Positions 48,735-63,662 of a DNA stretch of 64,000 nucleotides are shown piece by piece. Origin of the DNA: Phoronis australis (lineage: Eukaryota; Animalia; Phoronida); NCBI GenBank assembly GCA_002633005.1, contig NMRA01000023.1:50738-114737 (forward strand), written 5' to 3'. The notes under the pieces are model-generated. The model saw nothing but the letters and a program-made list of their open reading frames with translations, was not told where the DNA came from and searched no databases. The translations under genes were made by a program, and so were the position numbers. Positions within the stretch are counted from its first letter, which is position 1. Each line of letters starts with the position of its first letter.

Positions 48735-51700
48735 ATGACATTCGCAGGATGCGAAATAGGGAAATAGCGTCACCTGTGGCTATTAACATTCGCTGATAAT
48801 CTTACGTAAGTTGCTTGCAAGACCATTAAAGTGACATGATCCGGTTCAGCTCGTTGCGTTTCTGACACCCAAGCAGCTGCGCACAGTTTAAGAAAAACAT
48901 TTTATGTAACACTACTTAACTGAATATCAAATAGTAAGATTTTGTTTTCAACCTCTCATTTCAATAATTAATTTAATGTTAATACTAGCTAAAAATGGTG
49001 TAAGGTTATTTTGACGTTACTGCAGCAGTTGACATTCGCAGATAAGAAACAAGGATATTGATCATGAACTTTTACGCAAGAAATAAATGAGAATGTACGT
49101 TTTTATTTGATAAATTCAACAATAATGTTCAAAAGATAGCCTCATGGTCATTAAAGAGAGAAAGAATTATCTAATAAAAATTGTATCGAATAAGTTTTAC
49201 TTCTTTGTCAGCCAAGATAAAAAGAAATGTTTTAAAAATTGTATCGATTAAGTTTAAGTATCGTAATAATAATGTTTGATCCAGTAAGTGAAATATTTGA
49301 GACCAATTTCATAAATGCAATGCATATTGAAGATGCATGCAAGACATTTAAAGTGACACGTTCCAGTTGAGCCTTTTCAATCATTGGAACGTACACGTTT
49401 CGATAGACAAAAAGGTCACGATAGGTACAAAAGAAAAAAGATGTAACTTGATAAGGAAATTGCTTTCACCATGCGAGAGCTACATACAAAACTTTTCCAT
49501 ATCACAGCGGAAGTAAACAGAAATATATGGAAAGAAATTACAAAGAAAATTTCAAGCTCAGAGCAGGCTCATGACTAAGACAGAAATAAAGGCAAGACAT
49601 AATGAAATTGAAACAATGTTATCTTTCATAAATACAAAGACAGTGACGGAAAGATTAGAAGAGCAAGATTGTCTAAAGAATGATCACTTTCCAAAGTACG
49701 AAAAGTTCTAGAGAGTCAAGCTACCAAATGGCATTTGTGATCCCAACTTCTTGAAGTCAAAATGCAATACTTATATAGTGTTCATGCAACACCTTTAAAG
49801 CGACACATTCCGGTAAAGCTACTTGCGGGATCTTCCACATCAAACAAAAAGATAAAGGAGGTTTCGAAAACGGAGAAAAAATGTTAGAAAGATAGGAAGA
49901 ACAAAGGAGTCCTTCTTTTGAATCATGTCATTCTGCCAGTGATGACAATGCGCACACTCTCAAGTATTGCTACCTTACGTGCCACAAAGAGCCTACTAGA
50001 TGATCCAAGATGGGAAGGACTAGCGTGGAAAAATAATTCTACCCGTACTGAGATTCAAATATAACAGTTAATTACAGCCATCAATTCTAATAAAAAGTTT
50101 TGTTCAAAATTGATGATTAAATACTTCAAATTAACTTTGTTTGATGTAAAAGAAAACGATGACTGATACGTAATTATCACAAGAGCAAAACCTGGTGTAG
50201 ACACTTAAGATCAACAATAATGGTCTAAAGACAGTCTCATGGTAATTAAAGATAGAAAGTAATTTAAAAAAAAAATATCACTTAAGTTTAAGAACCGTAA
50301 TATGAATATTTGATCAAGTAAGGGAAATATTTGAGATCAACTTCATACAATGCAATGCCTATTTTAGTTGCATGCAAGACAATTAAAGCGACACATTATG
50401 GAATTTGACATTTGTTTGAATACGAGAGTCACAAGTCAGCCCCGTTAGCGAAACAGAAATTGATCTCTGGCAAGATTCAACTGTGAAGACATAAATGCTT
50501 CTAAGATATTAATGTCCTATTAGACATGATAGTAGGCAAGAGCAACGCAGAGCGTTGAAATGCGCCCACAATTGCACCGCATACGGTATCCTTCTAGGGT
50601 TGTTTATTGGTACCATAAAGTGGCCAGTAAAGGGCATATATTTTGTATATTGTACTTTGCAAAATGGAAAGGACTGGTCATTGTCTCCTCAATAAGCTAG
50701 GGGCAAAATGTAAGTCGAAAGTATGATTAGTTACTTCTATCTTACTTTAGATAGGAAATTTGCAATTGTCTTGCTAGTTGTCCTAAACGTTGACAATAAT
50801 TTATTTTGACAATCAGACAACCATCAAAGAAATATTGATGGTAACTGTGGACAGATCAAAACAAGATGGTGTAAGGATATTTTCGCGTCTCCTATGGCTG
50901 TTGACATTCGAAGGATCAGAAAGAAGGAAATTGATCGTGGACTGTTTCGCGAACAATAAGCGAGAATGTAACTTTTCACTCGATGAGTTCAACAATGAAT
51001 ATCCAAAGAGAGTCTCATGGTCAGCCAAGATAAAAAGAAGTTTTTTTAAGAAACTGTAGCATTTAAGTTTAAGTATCGTAATATGAGTATTTGATCAAGT
51101 AAGGGAAATATTTGAGATCAACTTCATATAATGCATGTAAGACAATTAAAGCGACACATTCTAGAATTTGACATTTCTTTCAGTACAAGAGTCACAAGCC
51201 AGCCGCAATGGCGAAACAGAAATTGATCTCTGGCAAGATTCAACTTTGAAGACATGAATGCTTCTAAGATATTAATGTCCTATTAGACATGATAGTAGGC
51301 AAGAGCAACGCAGAGCGTTGAAATGTGCCCACAATTGCACCGCATCTGGTATCCTTCTAGGTTTGTTTATTGGTACCATAAAGTGGCCACTAAAGAGCAT
51401 ATATTTTGTATGTTGTACTTTGCAAATTGGAAAGGCATGGTCATTGTCTCCTCAATAGGCTAGGGGCAAAATGTGAGTCGAATGTATGATTAGTTACTTC
51501 TATCTTACTTTAGATAGGAAATTTGCAATTGTCTTGCTAGTTGTCCTAAAACGATGACAATAATTTATTTTGATAATTTGACGACAATCAAAGAAATATC
51601 TATGGTAGCTGTGGACAGATCAAAACAAGATGGTGTAAGGATATTTTAGAGTCTCCTATGGCTGTTGACATTCGAGGGATCAGAAACAAGGAAATTGATC

Positions 51701-54700
51701 GTGAACTGTTTCGCTAACAATAAGCGAGAATGTAACTTTTCACTCGATGAGTTCAACAATGAAGGTCCAAAGAGAGTCTCATGGTCAGCCAAGATAGCTG
51801 GTAGCTGTGGACAGATCAAAGTCATTTAAAACCGACCAATGTGCAAAAATTTTTAGAACAAACACTAAGATGAACACCTAGAGAAATAGAAGGGACACCA
51901 AGTTTTATATATCTACTTGTCTATTTGAGTGCCACAGAACAGGGGATTCACGTTTGTTGAGTACGATAATCATAGATAGGGCAGCCGCCATGACGAAAGG
52001 GAAACTGATCCTTGGCAGGAATGAAATGGGAGGTCACCAAGCCCTTAAAAATACTCATTCGCAAAATCAGGAGCAAGAAAATTGATCGTAAACAGTTACG
52101 CAAAAATTAAATGTAACGATTCACTCAATAAGTTAAAAAATAATGGTCTCAAGACAAATTTCATGGTCATTGAACATAAAAAGTACATTGTTAAAGAAAT
52201 GTTAACAATTAAGTTTAAGTACTGTTGTTTTTGATCAAGTAAGGAAAATATTTGAGATAAATTTCCTATAATGCAATGCCTAAAGCGACACATTCTGGTT
52301 ATTGACGTTTGTTTCCGTACAGAATGGCAGGCCAGCTGCCATGGCGAAATCGAAATTGATCTCTGGCAGAATATAGCTGTGAAGACATGAACATTTCTTA
52401 GATTTTAATATCTTATTAGACGTGATAGTAGCAAATGGATATAGAAAATGCTTTCATCATGTGAGCTGCATACGAAAGTTTCCATACCATAGCAGATGAA
52501 GACAAAAAAGTATGGAAAGGAAATATAAAGGAATAATTAGATAATGTAAGGCTATCTTGGCATCTCCTTTGCCTGTTGCCTTTCGCAGGATCAGAAACAA
52601 TTAAATTGATCGTGAACTATTAAAAAAAGAATGTTTCTCTTCACTACATAAATTCAACAGTAGTATTCTTAAGACAACCTCATGGTCATTCAAAGTGAAC
52701 GTATTTTTTTAAGAAATTGTATCAAATTTAAGTACAGTTATACGAATATTTGACACTAATTTCATATAATGGAATGCCTATAGGTACCGTGCAAGATAGT
52801 TAAAGCAACAAATTCCGATTAAGCTAGTTACGGTTCTGATGCACAATGAACTGCTAACATTACGACGTTTAATATCAAATAGCAGACTTTTGTTATTAAC
52901 TTTCTTTTACCATTGTCATTTCAGTAATTTATCTAATTTTTTATAAAAGCTTCAAATAGTGTAAGAAATTTTAGCGACATCTTTGGCTATTGACATTCGC
53001 TATCAATGTTTTGCCTTGCTGGTGAGCAAGAAATGAACAAAGACATGAACTTTTGTTAGATTTAATGTCCTATTACACATGAAAAAAACTGGATGAGGAA
53101 AATGCTTTCACCATGCAAAAGGTACTTACAAAATTTTTCACACCACAGTAGATGTAGACAGAAAATTATGGAAAGAAATTATAAAGAAAATTTTTAGCTC
53201 AGAGCAAGACAACACCTTTAAAGGGACACATTACATTGAAGCTACTTGTGGCATCTTCAACATCAAAGAAGATGAAGGTGGTTTCGTAAATGGAGAGAAA
53301 GTGCCTGAAAAATTTAGACGGTTTCTTTCTTTAGGATCGTCCCTCCCGATCACAGTACACACGACTCGATTAAGACGAAAATTTCATGAAAGGTACAAAT
53401 GAAAAAGATGGTTTTCAAAGGAATACCAACATTTGTAGAATATGACTTTCTTAATACTATTGTGCAATGCATATATAGCTTGCATGCGATCTTTAAAGTG
53501 ACACTCTCCGGTGAAGATTAACGCGAGAGCTTTCATATCATAGAAGAAGAAGAATTCGTAAATGAAAAGAAAGTTTTTAAAATCAGTCCTGCTTTAAATC
53601 GTCCGGTGTCTAATCTTTAGAGTGAACCATGCCCGATTTGTCGAGCAAATGATACATATCTAATAGCTTGTGCACCTAGTTATTACCAAGAAAACGCATG
53701 AGCTTTTAAATAATCCAGAGCTTCAGAAATCAAGAGACTCATGCAGGATACATTTTGCATGATGAATGGTATTTATCAGTGGTCACACATAATATGAACT
53801 CATAGCAATCTTCTTGTCTCTGATTGCAATGTGTGTCGAAATATGATTATGATCACAGGTATACAGAATTCATATGTGTTCCAGTAATGGCGACAATGCG
53901 CACTCTCACGAATTGCCCGCTGACATGCCACAAAGAACCCACTTGATGTTTCAAGATGGAAAGAAATAGCGTGGGAAAATGATTTAACCCGCACTGAGAT
54001 TCAAATATAGCAGTTTAATACAGACATCAATTTTTATAAAAAGTATTGTTTAAAATTAGTGATTTCATAAAACTACAAATGAACGTTGTTTGATGTAAAA
54101 GAAAATGATGACTGATACGTAATTATCACAAGAGCAAAACCATCTGTAGTCGCATAAAATTACTCATTCGCAAGACCAGAAGCAAGAACATTATTCACGA
54201 ACTGTTACGCACACAATGAACGACAATGTATCTTTTCACTGAATTAGTTCAGCAATTGTGGTCTAAAGACAGCCTCATGGTCATTCAAATAGGAAGTAAT
54301 TTTTTTAAATAAAATTTATCATACAAGTTTAAGTACCGTTATATGAGTATTTGATCAAGTAAGGGAAATATTTGAGACCAATAACATATAATGCAATGCC
54401 TATATTGGTTGCATAGAAGGCAATTAAAGCGACACATTCTAGAAATTGACATTTGTTTTGAGTACAAATCACAGGCTAGCCACAATGGCGAAACAGAGAT
54501 TGATATACGGCAGGATTTAGCTGTGAAGACATGAACATATGAAAACAAAAACAGAATTAGGAAAATGCTTTCACCATGCGAGAGCTTCATTCGAAATATC
54601 CACACCACAGCAGATATAGACAGAAAAATATGGAAAAAGTTATACAGAAGATTACAAGCTCAGAGCAGGGCTCTTGACTAAAACACAAAAATTTAAGGCA

Positions 54701-55610
54701 AGACATAATGAAACGGAAGCAGTGTTAAGTTTCATAAATTCCGCTAGTGGTGACAATGCGCACTCTTTCAAGTATTACCTGCTGACGCGCCACAAAGAGC
54801 CCACTTGATGGAAAGGAATAACGTGGGAAAATGATAATACCCTCACTTAGATTCAAGACTCCACGACTGGAATTTTTTTGAATTAACAACCGACGCGACA
54901 GAACTGGAAGACCTTAGAATAATGTTTGTAATTTCCAGCTATATCATTCTGATTGTTAACGTTTCAATGAACTGTGAAATAATTATATAAGATAAAACTG
55001 AATAGTCCAATTGGCAAATTACGGAATAATTGTCTTGCAAGAAAAGTGCTGGTAGAATCCTTGTATTCAGCTAAGATGTAACTGTAACCTAACCTTGTCC
55101 TTAAAATATAAAGTTGTTTTTATTAGATCGTTTTTTACTAACCTAATAAATTACAGTCGTATAAAATGCTCACAAAAGGAAGATGTTAATTTACAAGACC
55201 TTAGGATGAATCAATATTTTTGACCAGATACTGAGTAGTAGTGCTTTCAAGTTGTAACACGGAAATGTGGGTCACAGGTTGTCTCTTTGTTGAGCAGACT
55301 AAAAAAGAACTTAAACGTACTCTGCAAGTTTCGAAAGTGGCAACAATGCGCACGCTCTCAAGTAATGTCCCCTGACGTGCCATAAAGAGCCCATCCATTG
55401 AACCATGATAAGGAGAAACAACGTACGAAAAAGAGTTTTAACCACACTGAAATTCGAGTCTGAAATGTGTTACCTATAAGACAGGCAAATAGTCAGCCAA
55501 GACAGAACAACAACTGTTAACGAAATTGCATCAACTTAAATGTTATAATAGGAGTATTTGAACCAGTAAGGGAAATTTTTTAAACCAATTTCACAGCATT
55601 ACACGTTCTA
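48735..55610. repeat. ~7-kb mosaic array of diverged, shuffled non-coding modules
   Basis: ttgatcaagtaagggaaatatttgaga-like at about 49277, 50310, 51090, 52230, 54350, 55557; atgctttcaccatgc-like at about 49460, 52448, 53102, 54565; caatgcgcac at about 49946, 53893, 54754, 55344. Confidence 0.85.
50282..51796. repeat. Recent ~765-bp tandem duplication inside the mosaic array
   Basis: About 50282-51032 versus 51063-51796, highly similar. Confidence 0.9.
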
Positions 55611-57205
55611 GTAGGAGTTATTGTTTCCTGTCCTAGTAACAAAGTAACGGAAACTATCTAAACAAAATTGTTAGTAATACTTAACAAGTGAACGAAACAA
55701 TGTTTACGAACTCTAAGACAAACAATGAGCGAAAATACGTTTCTTAAATGGACCACTCAACAACAATCGTTTACAGACAGTCTCGCGGTACGTCAAGATA
55801 CCGAACACAAGAATTCTTCTCTACGAACCACCTCGGGTTTTATATTAGTACTTTTAAAACCACAATTCGTCTATTTAATATAAATCTTAAGAACTCGGTT
55901 TTAGGATCATGTTAGATTTACCTACTGTCCAAAATTATCCGGAATTGGCAGGAAAAGTCCAAAGACTTCTAGGAGATCCGTTATTCCTTCGATACCAGAA
56001 TATGTACAGCCAAAACGTTTCCAGCGACTATGTTATAAAATGCAGGAAAGTTCTACGCAACGTAGTACAGGACACACTACTTGCGAGTTTGATCATATCA
56101 ATTAACAGATAAGTGTTCTCCTGTTTGACTAATAAAACTTTTAGATTAATCATTATAGGAGTAAATGGATAACAGTTCAGCAAATGACTTAATCAATTGG
56201 ATGCAGGTCCTCTGTTTACGTTACTTTAATGGAAAATGATTTCATTTTCCTAGCCAATTTTCAGCTGCATGATGAAGATGATCTGTAATGAACAAAATTG
56301 AATACCATAAACAAACAATTACCATTAACTCGCCAGTACGAAAATTTAGCTGAATCTATCACACGAGATTTTAATATGTGGTCGGCATACCAGTATAACA
56401 GGCAATAAATCAATGCTAAGCTCCCTTAAGTGACAGCCACATTTGTTTCAATTGACTATAGCGCTTCGCAAATGATGTTATGAATCATTAATACGCATAC
56501 TAAGAGGTCAAGCATTTATAAAGAACTACGTGACAGTTTACCGCTCGTTCATCAGAGCGACATTTAAAAGGATGAAACATTTGGAAATCAACCCTTGGCT
56601 AATATAAACCCAAATGAAATTTGTAATTGCGTCGTAAAATATAAAGAGGAACCAAGACCAACTCAAACTGCTGTCCTTATTGCCGACTTTAGGCTCTGAA
56701 CAAATGACAGAGAAAACGAATTTGTATAATAATCAACACCATTTATACGAAATTTGGCATCCAGCGATACATTTAATAACCATTAATTTCATTAACTAAG
56801 AACTCCATCAAGACAATATTGGTACGCACGACATTTTAGGATAGTGAAATAGTGCGTTTAGCTATGTTCCCAAATACAATAGAGAGGTACACGTATTTGA
56901 CATTTTAAAATTTGAGATATTGTACAACAGCAGTAAAACTGATATGCCACAGTTGTTTGGATACATGGACCAGATATAAACATGTTAACATATTTAACAG
57001 AAAATGACAAATGGACAGATATCATAGAGATTGACTAACCTCAGATGCCACAAATGGCGCACAATAAAGATGATAACGTTAGTGATATTGACATTATTAG
57101 AGTCATGTCTAAATATCTCAAAACCTGTTTGTATCCATATCAGTTAAAACGTGAATATGTGAGGAGTGTATACACTTACCGTAGAGCCTTATAGCTGTAC
57201 GTACG

Positions 57206-57787
57206 AATGCTCTTTCAAGATGAAATCCCCACTGTGATCACAGTTTCACTAACCATATATGTCTCTAAATAGCAGACATCTTTATTTCATCTTAAGATAC
57301 CACTAGATGCTTCTGGTCAACGACATAGTGCTTGCCATTACAACGTTCGTGATAACTATACTGGAAATGTAAATAAAAACTAATCAATATCTAAAATAAG
57401 GGTTTAAGGAAAAATTAGGTTTGAAAATCATGAACAATATACCAAAATGATACTGAACCGCGAAATTGCCATAAATAGAATATGGGATATAACAATGCTC
57501 TTCCAATATGAAACCCCCACTGTGATCACAATTTTACTAACCAATCATGTCTCTAAATGGCAGACATCTTTACTTCATCTGAAGTTACCACTGGATGCTT
57601 CTGGTCAACGACATAGTGCTTGCCATTAAAACGTTTATGGAAACTACTCTGGAAATGTAAATAAAAACTTATCAATACCTAAAATAAGGGTTTAAGAATG
57701 AATTCAAGAAGTTAAGTTTTAAGATCAATAACAATCTACCAAATGATACTGAATCGAGAAATTTCGATAAATTAATATGGGATATAG
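57206..57787. repeat. ~287-bp tandem duplication, 2 copies
   Basis: gatgcttctggtcaacgacatagtgcttgccatta and its flanks are repeated. Confidence 0.9.
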
Positions 57788-60542
57788 CAAGGATAATGTA
57801 CTAAATACCAGTAAAAACTGGACGAAACGCTCATTTAATTAACTTGCATTAACCAAAGCCAATTTGGTCCTTCTCCAAAAGGCTAACGATAAACGTGTTC
57901 CACTAAATAACAATCATTGCCATCATTTAATGAAACAGGGTACCAATAGCAATGATAGAGAGGGTAGATAGGATCCTTCGATCCTAACTGACCCCACTTC
58001 GTCCGCCCATAAACCAAATATTTGAAAAACATTTCTGAAAGCTCCACCCGATGGTGTAAAACGTCACACAGAACAATCAGTTTCTCTAGGGTCATCATCG
58101 CCTTCCGTCAGCACAGACGTGCGTCGAGCATTTTAACTTATCAAATAATACAACGAACTCGACTGGAAAATTTTGCAGGAATATAACCAACTGAGAATTT
58201 TTCTCCATACGAGTATTCTTGACACATTAATGAAAATAATTCAGTACAAATGAAAAATTCAAATCATATAGGATTAATGAAAAGCGTCTTCAATGCAAGG
58301 GGTCCCAGGTCGAGTAACGCCCAGACGAGGAAATCAAACATTTCATTTTTTAAATTAATTGTATGTATCAGGATAACCCTACAAAAATTTAATTTCCTTT
58401 TAATATGAGAGTTCCTTGTCTGATGCAAATAAAAATTCGTCCACAGCAATAGGAAGCACGCTCTCTACCTAGCTATGTGATTCCTCCTCTCAAATAGATA
58501 AGAAAGAAAATGCGATAAGCGAGACAAAATGATAGATTTATTAAAATGAGTAAATTTCGACATAATACACTAAAAAACATAGTCATAACCCACAAAATGA
58601 AAATAATGATATGGAAGCCGTACATGTTTAAGCCCAGACGTACTGATCACCGACTAAATTGGATGAACAAAACGGGATTCACAATATTCTAGGGCGACCA
58701 TAATTCTGACGCGTAAGTCCCCACCCGCCTAAACAGTTCCAATAAAAAACATATTGTTTTACAAAATTTGCATAGACAGCCTTCCTAAGTGAGCATCTTG
58801 ATACCAAATTGGTGCAGACAAAATGAGCGTCTTTATCCCAAATGAGTGTAGACAAAGACTTTAACAAAGCTATCAACTTAATATAAGCATTGCAAGGTTG
58901 TGTATAGTTTTTATATAGATTGTATATTTCTTCCTGCTTTGAAAAAATGAGTCCCCACTCGGCCTTCAGAGGCTTTTAGTAATTATTACAATGTATGTGA
59001 CCAAACTTAAAAGGACCCTATTGACAGTGAACATCCAAATGATGCATTGGGCGTTCTTACAAGAGCACCTTTATTTCTACTCAGGCGTCAATTTAGAGTA
59101 AACGCCCAGGACGCACGCTGCATAACGGCCTGATTACAGTTTATATATATATATCAAAATCTTAAACAAGTTATAACAACGACAATTGACCAAAATCATT
59201 ACGTGATTATGCACGTAGTGATCTTTTAATAATTAAGTTTTTTCCAGCTGGTTTTTGCCGCCTTCGTTGGGCACAAAACTTCTTGAGGAAACATAATTTT
59301 AGCTATTTATAAGTTCCCATCAATAATGCACATGCACAAAATAATCGAAGAGGAAATAATTTCATGGGAACGAAATTGTTCGTGACACCGATACTCGTTT
59401 TTTAAGTCAGAAAATAATCTATCAAAAACGCAGTTTCAAAAGTGACTAAAAAAAGCTGTCAACGACTTTAGTATTAACGTCTCTCTATATGATAGTTTTC
59501 TATTGTTAGGTAAACCCAACATTCTCCTGGCATCAATCTTCTTTTCACATGAATTTGTTCATACTCCTATTTCATTCGTTCATGCTTCGTGTTCGTACTT
59601 CATCTAGATTTGAGTTTACTCGTAGAATATCTATTAAAAAAAATCCAAAAGAAGTTACTCTTGACTAAATTCAAAAACAGTAAGCTCAAGCTTCTTACGG
59701 ATTTCTTGACAATTGCTACGGAAACGTTCTTTGTTTTTCTTTGTTTTTGTTTATGCATATGTATTCCAATTTTACAACCTGACTTCTGTGTCGGCCCAAA
59801 CGACACTAAATTACATGACAATGATCTTGCTTTACTTTAGGTCAAAGACCATCAGTGCAATTTCGGTAATTGCGACAACACATACGAAAAGTTATTAAAT
59901 TTTTTTAGCAGGTAACATCAAGATAACAAAAAATCTTTTTTTAGAAAATGAGAAGGAGCCCATTTATAAGTCACTGATCTTAAAATTGAGCGTACACACT
60001 ACTGTACATGCTAACAAAATGATATTATAATTGACTTCATGAAACCGACTGCCAATGGTGTGTTAACATTTTTCATTACAGTTACGTTATGCTTAATAGA
60101 AACTTTTAGAAACTCTACACATGTTGACTTTAGCAAATGTGACCGCAATTGCTGTTTAGATGTAACGCGAACACGCACATATGAACGCTACACTCAAAAG
60201 CATTTTAACTGATTAATTCTATGTGCACTTTAATTATAGCAAGTCCATGTTATCCTTGAAATGATATTTTTATTCATGCCAGCACGAAAGTACTGATACC
60301 TAACGATCGAATTCTTTTTTCGAAATAAAGCAATGCTTCCTATCAGGGCTGTTTCCGTTCAATTTTATTGAAAAGCGAGGAGGGCGCCTTTACAACAAAA
60401 AATCATAGGATGTGCCATACCCCTAATGCTAGTTGCCGACGCGAAAGTTGAAGCGACACTCGATATATTCGACGGAGCAGCCAATTTGAAATAGCCGACT
60501 GAAAACGTACACTTCGAGAAAAATGATACCCGACAAAATTCC

Positions 60543-60573
60543 ACAAGTCAGTGATAGGCTATCACTGACTTGT
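60543..60573. repeat. Perfect palindrome with 15-bp arms and a 1-nt centre
   Basis: acaagtcagtgatag-g-ctatcactgacttgt. Confidence 0.9.
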
Positions 60574-63500
60574 CGTACAGATGCCATCAATATCGTTGAC
60601 CATGCAAACCAGATAAAACTTAGCGCAAACATCCTTAATTAATTCGCATAGCTCCGTTGCAACTCGAACGAATTAATGAAAAATATCAAAAAAACCGCAC
60701 GGCCGAACGACTTATGTTGATGCGCGAAAATGCAGTGGAAATTTACGAGAAAAAAACGTGGTGTTTAATGTTGATTACGTATTCAATCAAAAACTTAGCA
60801 TGAAAATAAATGCCTCGAAATAAATCAAGTTATTGTAGAATTCCATAATTATGGGCGATTCGAGTTCATCCTCTGTGTGTGGCACTGCGTGCCGTATATG
60901 GAAAAAGTAGGTCAGCCAGTCACGTGCACAGCACCTGTTACTTAGGCTTATGAACCAGGCCGGGGACTTGTATTGGAATGTGTTTGTGACAGGTTTTCTT
61001 GGTTTATTCAGCTTAGGTACTTCCTGTATATGTTCAGTTTAAACTTATTAATTGCTACCTCTTGACATATATTTACAAATCATCCCAGCCCTAGCTAACC
61101 TTCCCCATTGGTTAGTTTTATAGTTGGCGCACATTCTCATTGGTTGAGCATGCTATATGTTAGATTTTTATACTATCACATCAGAAGCTTTTAATACAAC
61201 ATACGAACCACCTCGGGTTTTATCTTTGTGCAATATAAACCCACAATTTGACTTTAAACTTCGAGAAAAGAAAGGTTCTTTTTAAGAATAAATTTCTTGT
61301 AGCGTACTATGTAAGACAGTGATTAACTTTCAACCAGGTAAGTTTAAATTCAACAAAGCGTCCACTTAAAATGCACTGCAGAAGACGTAACAACTACGAT
61401 GTCCCTGGCGACCACTAAGTACGCTCGTAACCAAACGATGTGAAATGTACGAGTAAAGCTCTCGGGAAAACGTTTAAGAAACGTAAAAAAAATCAAACAC
61501 GAAGTTTCGACGTTTTCTTGGTCACAATCCGTTCGAAGCCAACTCCGGCTATACACGCGCGAGTGCACATACGCTGTCACTCCTATCACTCCTAATTTCG
61601 AGCAGAGATTTTCGACCGTATTGAACACTGGTAAAATTGATTTGAAAATTTGTTGAGCATATGGTCTTGTTTTTGTAAATTCGTGAATTGCATTACTGTG
61701 CGATGTAACGAAACGTAGACATGAATATATTTCTTCATGTCCTTTCGAATGCAACTTCACTGTCTTTTAACAATTTAAGTGGTTTCTCAACTGCATTGTA
61801 CTCTTCTCTTTTGAGAGCTTCCAGTCATAATACATTGAGTCCTGTACTCATGCTGTCTTGCATGCAACTCTAGTTAGATTGTCTTACTAAAAAGATTTAC
61901 AGATCTTGAATTTTGCAGCTTAGTGACAATACACACATCCTGAATGAAACAAACCTTCTAAATTGTGTTTATTTTCCCTATGTGCCGTCCTCTAAACAAG
62001 AAAAATTCATCCAAACAGTGTGCTAAATAAGATGCAAGGAACTGACCATTTTTATGTTACAATTGTTTTCCACACCGGGTGGAGGAATTCCTCCACCTTC
62101 ACCCCAACCTCCCCCGCTCCCCCATCAACGCTGCGCGCTTCAGATTTGCAATTTGCACGACTCGTCAGCCTCACGAACTTGGACCCCCAATTTTTGCATC
62201 CCAGACTATTCCCTTTTCCTGTCTATCAATCTTTTAATTCCTAAATGGTCCTCCTCAGTCCTCGACTTTTTTATTTTATTTTCACTACTTAAAATACTTT
62301 AAAAATTATGGATCATGACTCTCAGAAATAAATAAGAAATATCGGGGATGGATGCAAATATAAACTTGAAGATCTTAGAAGTTTTACTTAATTATACGTA
62401 AAAAAATTATGAATGTAAAGACATTTACAAAATTTGGGCGTTCTACAGAGAGAGTCACTAAAACTAGACTTAATACACAAAGAATGCTAAGTTGTCATGC
62501 TTGATGGAAGACGGACATACAAATTAGTATATAAAACAGATAAAAGCAGGTCGGTCTTGACTCAATTATTTCGCAGTAAACCCAGCAATCTTATTATGAT
62601 TTAAATACTGGTGTAAACCCTGACATTTTTAATGTTTACACACTTAAAAGACTTCTTAATCAGAAAAGTTCAGTATCATGTAAATACGAACGTATGTATT
62701 AAACATACTATAAACTGCATTGGAACATATACCTGGGTATAATAGCAGAGTTGGAAGACTTACATGAACAAATTACAATACTCTTGTTGACCTCTCTTGT
62801 TTCAACCCAACCAACTGAAAAACGCTAAAGCACCTTAGTCGAGAAGTTACTTTCAGCAAAATGATATGGATATGACAAAATTAAACAATTAACATGATTC
62901 AAATAGATGCGTTAACGGCCGTGTATTTCCTGATTTGTGTACGGATAATACAAATATAAAAGATGAATGGACTTTTTGTTTAGTGCTCACTATAACACAA
63001 ATGCTACTTAAACTTGTAAATGACGTTATCAATGGCAATATACACTAGGATGCGAACACATAAATGGCAGTTTTAACAAGTTTAAAGCTATGAACTTGTG
63101 ACAACAGTGAAAAACATAGGACAATAAAAGCGTGTCTGAATTTCCGCTTTTTTGTTTTGAGGCAAAACCTGGCAGATTCACACAAAACCCTTGTTATATG
63201 AGAACATTACAACTTCGATTAAGCGAGATAGCAAAACTCCAAGTCAATTACCTAACACAAGCTCAATTCTCAACTGAAGATAAAGGGATAAAATGTAGTA
63301 AGTAAACGAGCGATACAAGTTAGTAAACAAAACCCTGTCCTAATGGCTAGTAAGAACAAGTTGCACTAAATAGTAAATAACAACCTACCTTCGTCTGTTA
63401 AGTCGTTCGAAATCCATTTGTACTTCTCCATAACATCACGATTATGAAGCCAGTGCTCACCTCAGTCAATCCCATAACGAAAGTAATGATAGAACGCGCT

Positions 63501-63662
63501 AAACGCCAAATTAAGCAAAATAATAAGGCACTTCCGTTCACTAACGTGGTCCCAGAGACAAAGAATAACGACGACAATCAAGACGATCACGGCGGCAATT
63601 ATGAATAAGACGATAACACGATAACATTCATGTGACTAGCGAAGAAATCAAATAGAGAGCAG

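Noticed and set aside
60543-60573. tetO-like operator (TCAGTGATAG)
   Set aside because: Only a partial match in a different arrangement, with no vector or bacterial context.
61350-61760. 136-aa minus-strand ORF
   Set aside because: Non-ATG start, no recognisable motif and no convincing splice boundaries.
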